Below are positions 57,090-64,000 of a stretch of DNA of 64,000 nucleotides, piece by piece; the first letter of the stretch is position 1, and the number at the start of each line of letters is the position of its first letter. A program made the position numbers and the translations under genes. Source of the DNA: a virus. Below the pieces are notes generated by a model, which saw nothing but the letters and a program-made list of their open reading frames with translations, searched no databases and was not told the origin of the DNA. The stretch is from the IMG/VR virus record IMGVR_UViG_3300015263_000627; one strand, 5' to 3'.

Positions 57090-57665
57090 ATGAATTGGAC
57101 AAATTCAACATCAAATTATTGGACAGAATCGACTGAAAAACATACAGCGGTCAGTAACGATCCGGAAAATAACCAATTTTTATCACCCGTAAATTTCAAG
57201 TTCATCTTGAAACGTGCCCCCAACTTGAATTTTTTTCTACAAAAGGTGAATCTTCCTCGAATAAACATACCCCCGGCTAAAGAACCAACTCCATTTGCAG
57301 ATCGTTGGTTACCGGGGGTTGATGTTGTATTTGATCCTTTGAATATTACTTTCCGGGTTGATGAAGATTTGAAAAATTGGAAAGAAATTTATAACTGGTC
57401 AATGGCTCTTGGTGAAGCAAAAAGCCTACATCCTTATAGACATTTGGAATTAAAACCAACATGGACAGGGGAAGGTGTTTTTTCGGATATAACCGTAACA
57501 ATTCTTGATTCTCTAAAAAATCCTAACATTACTTTCTATTACCATGATTGTTTTCCAATCTCTATAAGTCAGGTAATGTTTGATGCTACTCCTAACGCAA
57601 TAAATCATGCTATGTGTGAAGTATCTTTTCGATATATCAATTTTGATATTGAAACAGTAGTATAA
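57090..57665 (+). CDS. gp3: Tail completion/tube terminator gp3
   Basis: NQFLSPVNFKF...NFFLQKVNLP...F.PL.ITFRVDEDLKNWKEIYNW...FP.S. Confidence 0.85.
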   Translation: MNWTNSTSNYWTESTEKHTAVSNDPENNQFLSPVNFKFILKRAPNLNFFLQKVNLPRINIPPAKEPTPFADRWLPGVDVVFDPLNITFRVDEDLKNWKEIYNWSMALGEAKSLHPYRHLELKPTWTGEGVFSDITVTILDSLKNPNITFYYHDCFPISISQVMFDATPNAINHAMCEVSFRYINFDIETVV

Positions 57666-57759
57666 CCGATATATCGGGTCAATAGGCGGTATAAACCTGT
57701 TTTATCAGGTCAGACCTGTTACTATATAGTAAATATAGCATATATATGTAACATTTGAT

Positions 57760-57788
57760 AGTATATACTATAATTTTGGATACGTCAA
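57760..57788 (-). promoter_or_regulatory. sigma70-type promoter pointing antisense into gp3
   Basis: Minus strand TTGACG, 17 nt spacer, TATACT. Confidence 0.55.
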
Positions 57789-57802
57789 GTCTTTTTTTCA
57801 TC

Positions 57803-57831
57803 TTGACTTATCCCTATAAACATGGTATTAT
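57803..57831 (+). promoter_or_regulatory. sigma70-type early promoter for the uvsY-uvsW cluster
   Basis: TTGACT, 17 nt spacer, TGn-TATTAT. Confidence 0.7.
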
Positions 57832-57869
57832 TGTTACAATTCCCCTCTTATATGGAAAATTTATAAATT

Positions 57870-58076
57870 ATGAATAAAAATGTCTGGATAGCTACCGGTA
57901 TCGGTATTGCTATTTATTGTACGTTTTTTTTATTTGGTGTTTGGTATCTTGCTATTGATCCAGAAAAAGTAAATGGTTTTGTTATAATTTTTATAACATT
58001 GATGAATTATGCTTTATTCAATATGATTTTAGGAATATCGATGCTTATTTTTGGAGATAAAGAAAATGCAGCTTGA
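57870..58076 (+). CDS. Small two-TM membrane protein
   Basis: 68 aa with two hydrophobic helices; first gene after the early promoter. Confidence 0.65.
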   Translation: MNKNVWIATGIGIAIYCTFFLFGVWYLAIDPEKVNGFVIIFITLMNYALFNMILGISMLIFGDKENAA

Positions 58077-58521
58077 GGAAATACTTGCCGAATGGGATAA
58101 GGATGTAGAAATCAACTACACCGAATTGGGTGAAGAAGCTCGCAAGATACCCCGGCTTCATGCCAAATATCTGCGAATGTTGACCATGGAAAAACTGACC
58201 TTGAAACAATTGGAATCCAAGTTCAAGAAATTCAAGTTTACCAAACAGCAATATTATCTGGATGGTCCGTCCAATATGGCGGAATTTGAACAAAAGAAAA
58301 AGGAATGGAAAACTGTTCCGGAAATCCAGCGCACCATTCCCCGTACCCTTGTTGATGGTTATCTGGAAGTTGATGAAGATATTGATACTATGAAGCTTAG
58401 ATTGGAATTGGCTCAAACCAAAATCGATGCTTTGGATTTTATCATGAAATCGATCATGCAAAGATCATATTTGATAAACAATATGATCACATGGCAGCAA
58501 TGGAACGGAGGCGGTAAGTGA
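58066..58521 (+). CDS. uvsY: Recombination mediator UvsY
   Basis: MQLEEILAEWDKDVEINYTELGEEARKIPRLHAKYL...R.Y.I.N.I.W; position before uvsW. Confidence 0.85.
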   Translation: MQLEEILAEWDKDVEINYTELGEEARKIPRLHAKYLRMLTMEKLTLKQLESKFKKFKFTKQQYYLDGPSNMAEFEQKKKEWKTVPEIQRTIPRTLVDGYLEVDEDIDTMKLRLELAQTKIDALDFIMKSIMQRSYLINNMITWQQWNGGGK

Positions 58522-59126
58522 TTGATATTTTATATACCGGGGGAGCCAAGGGAGCCGATACAATATTCAGTGATTGTGCGGATCAGGTTGGTCATAAGGT
58601 ATATCAAATGACCTTTCCCAATCATAAGATTTCGGAAAATGTTCATGGGGAATTTGTGACCCTGACGGAACATGAATTGAAAGCTGCTGATCCGTTTCTC
58701 AAACAAGCCAATAAAACCCTGAAACGGGGATTGGGACGTAGCCTTTATGTCCGCAATCTTTTGCGTCGTAATTACTATCAAATCAAGGATACGGAACGGG
58801 TTTATGCGATTGCTCCAATAGATTCCGATACCCAATTAGTTGAGGGGGGGACTGCATGGGCAGTCACAATGGCTATTGATAAAAAGGTTCCAGAAATTTA
58901 TGTGTTTGATTTGAATGAAAGCAAATGGTTCAAATATATGCATGAACGGAATTTTTTGCAAGCTTTATGGGCGGCTCCCCAAGGTGGATGGCAACCCCCA
59001 TACCCCCATGGAAAATATACCGGTATTGGTTCGTGTGAATTGACTGATGCTGGAAAAGATGCTATCTATAATCTCTATATTGGTAAACATTTTTGGGAAT
59101 ATATGTCTGATGATTTCAAATGGTAG
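58518..59126 (+). CDS. SLOG-superfamily-like protein
   Basis: GTG start; YTGGAKGADTIF, GGTAWAV..A and IYVFD motifs. Confidence 0.6.
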   Translation: MIDILYTGGAKGADTIFSDCADQVGHKVYQMTFPNHKISENVHGEFVTLTEHELKAADPFLKQANKTLKRGLGRSLYVRNLLRRNYYQIKDTERVYAIAPIDSDTQLVEGGTAWAVTMAIDKKVPEIYVFDLNESKWFKYMHERNFLQALWAAPQGGWQPPYPHGKYTGIGSCELTDAGKDAIYNLYIGKHFWEYMSDDFKW

Positions 59127-59134
59127 GAATAAAT

Positions 59135-59311
59135 ATGTCTAAATGGCGAAAAGTTGTTTGTTCAAAATGTGGAAGCGATCAATGCTTTCCAACATTTTTC
59201 CGTAATGATGCTCAATGTTTCAAATGTGAAACCGAGTTCAATATGCGTGGGTATGATAGTTGGTGGGATAAGATCATGCGCCGCTTTATTTATCCTCATA
59301 TTACGATATGA
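59135..59311 (+). CDS. Small zinc-ribbon protein
   Basis: CSKC...CFKC; AGGA RBS; coupled to uvsW. Confidence 0.6.
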   Translation: MSKWRKVVCSKCGSDQCFPTFFRNDAQCFKCETEFNMRGYDSWWDKIMRRFIYPHITI

Positions 59312-60807
59312 CCGATATAATAGTTCATGCTCTCAATGCAGTTCATAATGTTATTGAATCTGATGCCGGGATCGCAGCGGATTTGCATGACTATTTTTCA
59401 TTCGATGTTCCCGGCGCTCATTACATAATCAATAGAGCCAAATATCGCGCTAACCTAACTGGACAACCGGTAAAGTTTTCAGGCTGGAACGGCAAGATCA
59501 ATCTTTTCAATAAAAGAAACCATAAGCTATATGCTGGTCTAAACCAAAAACTGGCAAATTTTGCCGAAGCCAACCAGCTAACCATTGAATTTGATTATAA
59601 TCCTTTGGTAGAATTTTCCGTGGATGATGCCCGAAAATTCATCCAGACCTTGAACATCCCCGACAAATATGATGAACGTTATTATCAGCTAAATTCTTTT
59701 GTTCATTGTGTCCAAAATCGGCGTAATATTATCCTAGCCCCAACCGGTAGTGGAAAATCGATTATCATCTATCAATTGATCAAGTATTTCATGAATCAAC
59801 CCAAGGTTTTGTTCATTGTTCCGACTATTGGTTTGCTTCATCAAATTGTGAAAGATGTTAGGGATTATGGGTGGGAATTTCCCGAAGAATTTATCCATCA
59901 AATATCGGCTGGTATTGATAAAGATTCCAACCATGGTATCTATGTTTCAACATGGCAATCCATCTACGAACTACCCAAGGATTATTTCAAACAATTCCGG
60001 ACAGTAATGATTGATGAAGTCCATGGAGCCGATGCTAAGTCTCTCAAGGGTATCATGGAAAAACTGACCCTATGTCCGAATCGATTCGGGTTTACCGGCA
60101 CCTTGAAGGATACCCTATGTCATAAGCTGGTTCTGGAAGGGTTATTTGGACCGCCATATATAGCAGCGACAACTACCGAATTGATTGAAGCTAAATATTT
60201 GTCTGATTTGACAATAAAATGCCTTATTTTGCAGTATAATCAGGATATTTGCCAAAAAATATTTGGTAAAAGCTATGCTGACGAGATAGATTTCCTTGTA
60301 AACCATGAACCAAGAAATAATTTCATAAAAAACTTGACATTATCCCTAAATGGGAATATACTCTTATTGTTCCGAAAGATTGATCACGGTAAGATTTTAT
60401 TCGATAAAATTAAAAAAGAGGCGAAAAATAAGTCAGTTCATTTGATTTATGGGGGAGTTCCGGGGGAAGAACGAGAAATGATCCGGCAAATCCTAAATAC
60501 GGAGAAAAATGCTATTTTGGTTGGGTCTTACGGAACAGTTTCAACCGGGATAGATATTCCAAGCCTTCAACATGTTATTTTGGGAAGTCCGTATAAGAGC
60601 CGAATCAAGGTGCTGCAATCAATTGGGCGAGGATTACGACCACATGCCGACAAGGAAAAGCTTACGGTTTATGATGTTGTAGATGATATGACCCGTCGAA
60701 CCAAACGTGTGGCTAGACAGAATTATACCTTGAAGCATTTCATAAATAGGATAAGTATATATAATGAAGAAGGGTTTGATTATAAGACTTATAGGATAGG
60801 AATATGA
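59308..60807 (+). CDS. uvsW: SF2 DNA helicase UvsW
   Basis: APTGSGKS, IDEVH, GFTGT, STGIDIPSL and LQSIGRGLR. Confidence 0.96.
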   Translation: MTDIIVHALNAVHNVIESDAGIAADLHDYFSFDVPGAHYIINRAKYRANLTGQPVKFSGWNGKINLFNKRNHKLYAGLNQKLANFAEANQLTIEFDYNPLVEFSVDDARKFIQTLNIPDKYDERYYQLNSFVHCVQNRRNIILAPTGSGKSIIIYQLIKYFMNQPKVLFIVPTIGLLHQIVKDVRDYGWEFPEEFIHQISAGIDKDSNHGIYVSTWQSIYELPKDYFKQFRTVMIDEVHGADAKSLKGIMEKLTLCPNRFGFTGTLKDTLCHKLVLEGLFGPPYIAATTTELIEAKYLSDLTIKCLILQYNQDICQKIFGKSYADEIDFLVNHEPRNNFIKNLTLSLNGNILLLFRKIDHGKILFDKIKKEAKNKSVHLIYGGVPGEEREMIRQILNTEKNAILVGSYGTVSTGIDIPSLQHVILGSPYKSRIKVLQSIGRGLRPHADKEKLTVYDVVDDMTRRTKRVARQNYTLKHFINRISIYNEEGFDYKTYRIGI

Positions 60808-60808
60808 A

Positions 60809-61336
60809 ATGGAAATTATTTCTCAGAAAGAAGCCAAAAAACAAAACTTACGATTTTATTTTACTGGAAAATCTTGCAAACGTGGTCATATAGTTCCAAG
60901 ATATGTTGCTAGTGGGGATTGTGAAATTTGTAGTAAAAATCGTCGTGCAATTTATCGAACATTAAATGAAGATAAACTTAAATTATGGTTTAAAGATCAT
61001 CATAAAAAAACATATACAACAGAAAAACGCCGTATTCAACATCATAAACATATAGTTACTGAACTTTATCATCGTGCTAAATGTAGAGCAAAAAAACTTA
61101 ATTTAAAATTTACAATAAGTAAAGAAGATATAATTATTCCTAAAAAATGTCCAGTGTTAGGTATCTCTTTAGATTATCGTGATAAAAAACATGTTCCAAG
61201 TTTAGATAGAAGAATACCATCAAAAGGATATATTAAAAACAATATTAATGTTATTAGTATGAAAGCAAATAGATTAAAAAATAATGGAACAGTAGAAGAT
61301 TTTACAAAAATAATTTCATATATGAAAGGAGAATGA
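60809..61336 (+). mobile_element. HNH-like homing endonuclease
   Basis: YFTGKSCKRGH...C..C N-terminus; CPVLG...PSLDRRIPSKGY...N..VIS..AN..K; very AT-rich. Confidence 0.75.
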
Positions 61337-61337
61337 A

Positions 61338-61658
61338 ATGAATAATGGTTCGGTTAGTGATAGATGGACAGTAAAAATGTCGGACGCAATTGCAAAGGAT
61401 ACACTTTGTTCTATATTACAAGATATAAACATTGATTTTCAAAGGTTAATCAAGGTAATTGAACATTTGAATATAATTGGGGATCGTTTGCAAGGGCAAC
61501 GTCCTACTGCGGAAAAAAGTCCGAGTAAACTTGATACTCCTCCATATTCGGTTTATGATGAATTAAAACAAAAAAGATTAACATTGCAACGTTATACATC
61601 TCAACTTGAGGAAGCAACCGCAAGAATAGATAACGTTATTGGAGGATTGGCGCAATGA
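61338..61658 (+). CDS. Hypothetical helical protein
   Basis: 106 aa with AGGAG RBS, coiled-coil-like. Confidence 0.65.
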   Translation: MNNGSVSDRWTVKMSDAIAKDTLCSILQDINIDFQRLIKVIEHLNIIGDRLQGQRPTAEKSPSKLDTPPYSVYDELKQKRLTLQRYTSQLEEATARIDNVIGGLAQ

Positions 61659-62026
61659 GCCTTATAAATCAAGCTAAAGTAGAATTGGACCTTATCAATT
61701 TTGGCGAGGAAGATACCCGAGTTATGATTGAAATTCTTGAAAAATTCTTTGATCAATGGGATAGTGGGGGAGCCGTAGCAACGGTTCAACCAATTCTAAA
61801 TCGTTGTATTGCGGGTAAGCCACTTTCTCCCCTCATGGGAACCGATGATGAATTTGTCGAAGTTGGAACTGGAGTATTTCAAAACAAGCGATGTTCAACG
61901 GTATTCAAGGAAGATGGGCGAGCTTATGATATTGATACACCGGGACGCCCAACAATTACTTTCCCCTATAATCCGAGAAAATCAACTGTAGATTTTCCAA
62001 TTTACGAAATAAAAACAAAGGAATGA
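61655..62026 (+). CDS. Conserved phage hypothetical protein
   Basis: PLSPLMGTDDEF...QNKRCS.VFK pattern; ATGA coupling. Confidence 0.7.
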   Translation: MSLINQAKVELDLINFGEEDTRVMIEILEKFFDQWDSGGAVATVQPILNRCIAGKPLSPLMGTDDEFVEVGTGVFQNKRCSTVFKEDGRAYDIDTPGRPTITFPYNPRKSTVDFPIYEIKTKE

Positions 62027-62595
62027 CAATTATAATTACTGAAATAAGAAAACCAATAAATTATGTAAATAATGACGAATTGTATAGAGAGTTAAAAAAA
62101 TACCGAAAAATACGAAAACAAGATGACGGAATTTCCCGCACATCTGAGTATGTCGGTAAATGTATTATGCTAATATGTAACGGATTGGCTCAACGTCCCA
62201 ATTTTAATGGCTATACTTTTAAAGCTGATATGATATCGGATGGTATCGAAGATTGTATTGCAGCCGTCAAGAATTTTGACCCCAAGAAATCCAAAAATCC
62301 GTTTGGTTATTTCACACAAATAGCCTATTGGGCGTTTGTCCAACGAATCATGATTGAAAAAAAGCAACAATATTTAAAACATAAGAATTATCAGAACAAT
62401 TTCATGTTAGCAGACCTATCGAATACTGAAAATGATATTATAGAGAAAATGGCATGGTCGAAATTATCAGATCAAGTTATTTCGTCGTTTGAAGAAAATT
62501 TAAACAAAAATAAAAAAGGAACCAAATGCTTAACGAAAAAGAATATAAAAAAGAATGGTATATTAAAAACAAAGAACGAATACTCGAAAAAATGA
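62023..62595 (+). CDS. gp55: Late transcription sigma factor gp55
   Basis: YVNN..L...Y.G.C...I..GLA.RPNF.GYTF..DMISDGIE.C...NFDP.KS.NPF.YFTQI...AF..RI..EKKQ.Y.K. Confidence 0.93.
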   Translation: MTIIITEIRKPINYVNNDELYRELKKYRKIRKQDDGISRTSEYVGKCIMLICNGLAQRPNFNGYTFKADMISDGIEDCIAAVKNFDPKKSKNPFGYFTQIAYWAFVQRIMIEKKQQYLKHKNYQNNFMLADLSNTENDIIEKMAWSKLSDQVISSFEENLNKNKKGTKCLTKKNIKKNGILKTKNEYSKK

Positions 62596-62624
62596 TAGTG
62601 TCGAATTACTACAGGAAACGATAA
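62526..62624 (+). pseudogene. 32-aa remnant resembling an HNH endonuclease N-terminus (MLNEKEYKKEWYIKNKERILEK...)
   Basis: Read manually. Alternate frame overlapping the gp55 3' end, AAGGA RBS. Confidence 0.4.
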
Positions 62625-62629
62625 ATTAC

Positions 62630-62658
62630 TTGACAAAGAACAAGAAAAATGATAAGAT
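62630..62658 (+). promoter_or_regulatory. sigma70-type early promoter
   Basis: TTGACA, 17 nt spacer, TGn-TAAGAT. Confidence 0.7.
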
Positions 62659-62693
62659 TAAGTCTGCTAAGAAAAGTAAAAAGGTAAATTATA

Positions 62694-62897
62694 ATGTTCA
62701 ACCAAAAACAATTACACCTAGTCCCCGAAGTAATCAAAAATCGGGCAGCATCGCTATTAAGTGAGAGTAGCGGAAAAAATATCCAAGCTGAAAAGGAAGT
62801 TCATGCGGCAACATTGGAGGCGGTGATTTCCTATTGTCAATCAGCTTTGGAATCGTATCGGAAAAAATCTTCTTTTAATTATAAAAAACGAGCATGA
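62694..62897 (+). CDS. Small hypothetical protein
   Basis: 67 aa; first ORF after the promoter, in the gp55-gp47 interval. Confidence 0.6.
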   Translation: MFNQKQLHLVPEVIKNRAASLLSESSGKNIQAEKEVHAATLEAVISYCQSALESYRKKSSFNYKKRA

Positions 62898-62908
62898 AAG
62901 GATAAACT

Positions 62909-63310
62909 ATGGCTCTTGGTATGATATCAAATATGGCTTCGATAAAAGCCAATTATTTTAAATCTCAACTTATTGAATCATTGGTTAAGTTTCGAGAACA
63001 GCATAGAAAAGAATATTCTGATGCGGTTGAGGTTTATCAAAAAGATGTTGTTGATGCATTGAAAAAATTGATAGCTCGAACTGAAGGCGATCCTAATTTT
63101 AAGGAATTTTCAGTTTCGGCTAATCTTGGTTTGACTACTCCGGTTAATTGTGAAAAAGAATATGATCAATTGATTACAGTCTTTAAGGCAATGAATACTG
63201 ATGTAATTGAATTAAACCTTGAGGAAGCCAACCGTATTTTGAATAATGATTGGGCGTGGATAGTATCTGCTTCAGCATCAAACACATTTTATTCATCCCG
63301 GAAAAGATAA
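62909..63310 (+). CDS. Hypothetical protein
   Basis: 133 aa with AAGGA RBS, helical. Confidence 0.7.
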   Translation: MALGMISNMASIKANYFKSQLIESLVKFREQHRKEYSDAVEVYQKDVVDALKKLIARTEGDPNFKEFSVSANLGLTTPVNCEKEYDQLITVFKAMNTDVIELNLEEANRILNNDWAWIVSASASNTFYSSRKR

Positions 63311-64000
63311 TTGAGAATAGCTCTTATAACAGACCTCCATTATGGTGTAAGAGGGGATCATCAAGCATTTCTGGACAACAACAAGAAATTCTTTGATGAA
63401 ACCTTCTTCCCATATCTGCAAAATAACAAAATACAGACAATTGTTTGTTTGGGGGATTTGCTGGATCGTCGCAAATATATCAATTACTATACTGCGTCCC
63501 GGCTCCGGAAAGATTTCATTGAGCCGATGAACAATATGGATTTGGAGTTCCATTGGATATTGGGAAACCATGATCTATATTATCGTCAGGTCAATACGGT
63601 ATCGGCAGCTTCCGAGCTACCATTTGAATTGTTGAAATTCAAATATTATGCTGATGCAGAGGAAGTCACCTTTGACGGCACCCCGATCCTATTCGTTCCA
63701 TGGATATGTGAATCCAATAAAGACCAAGTTTCCGAAAAGCTAAAAACAACCAAGGCTGAAGTAGTCTTTGGTCATTTGGCTTTGATTGGTTTTGAAATGT
63801 ATAAGGGTCAGGTGAATCATGCCGATGGAGAAAGCAAGGATAATTATGACCGTTTCAAGCTTGTTGCTTCCGGACACTTTCACCACAAGTCAAATGTAGG
63901 AAACATCCATTATCTAGGCGCTCATGCCGAATTTATTTGGTCGGATTGGAACGATCCCCGAGGCTTCCATATTTTCGATACCAAGACCTATGAAATGGAG
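63311..64000 (+). CDS. gp47: Recombination endonuclease subunit gp47 (Mre11-like), 3' partial
   Basis: Read manually from TTG 63311: MRIALITDLHYGVRGD...LGDLLDRRKYIN...ILGNHDLYY...SGHFHH; runs off the window, so absent from the ORF track. Confidence 0.9.
   Translation, partial: MRIALITDLHYGVRGDHQAFLDNNKKFFDETFFPYLQNNKIQTIVCLGDLLDRRKYINYYTASRLRKDFIEPMNNMDLEFHWILGNHDLYYRQVNTVSAASELPFELLKFKYYADAEEVTFDGTPILFVPWICESNKDQVSEKLKTTKAEVVFGHLALIGFEMYKGQVNHADGESKDNYDRFKLVASGHFHHKSNVGNIHYLGAHAEFIWSDWNDPRGFHIFDTKTYEME

Noticed and set aside
1-64000. tRNA or rRNA genes
   Set aside because: No cloverleaf or T-loop (GTTCRA) context found in the few intergenic gaps by eye; tRNAscan-SE would confirm.

Overview
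AT-rich segment of a large T4-like (Tevenvirinae-type gene order, non-T-even) myophage. The host is probably a rhizobial alphaproteobacterium, inferred from a BA14K-family gene. It holds most of the morphogenesis module: baseplate (gp53, hub, split gp5, gp25, gp6, gp7-like, gp8, three-part DUF4815-like protein), three collagen-like GYTGS-repeat fibre genes with accessory and lectin genes, neck/tail/packaging/head genes (gp13-gp23), gp3, then uvsY, uvsW, gp55 and a partial gp47. Three free-standing homing endonucleases, many CTAAATA/TATAAATA late-promoter motifs and five near-consensus sigma70 promoters are visible. Main leads: (1) a reverse-strand glycosyltransferase operon (GT4 plus a GT2-GT2-FkbM fusion) sitting between Thr/Ser-rich collagen fibre genes, a candidate glyco-collagen fibre system; (2) a family of ORFs with T4 internal-protein-like capsid-targeting N-termini and modular, protease-cleavable head cargo polyproteins; (3) a possible -1 frameshift extension of the portal; (4) a host-like BA14K gene under its own sigma70 promoter. 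All assignments come from motif recognition by eye; no database searches were run. No tRNA, rRNA or CRISPR array was recognised.
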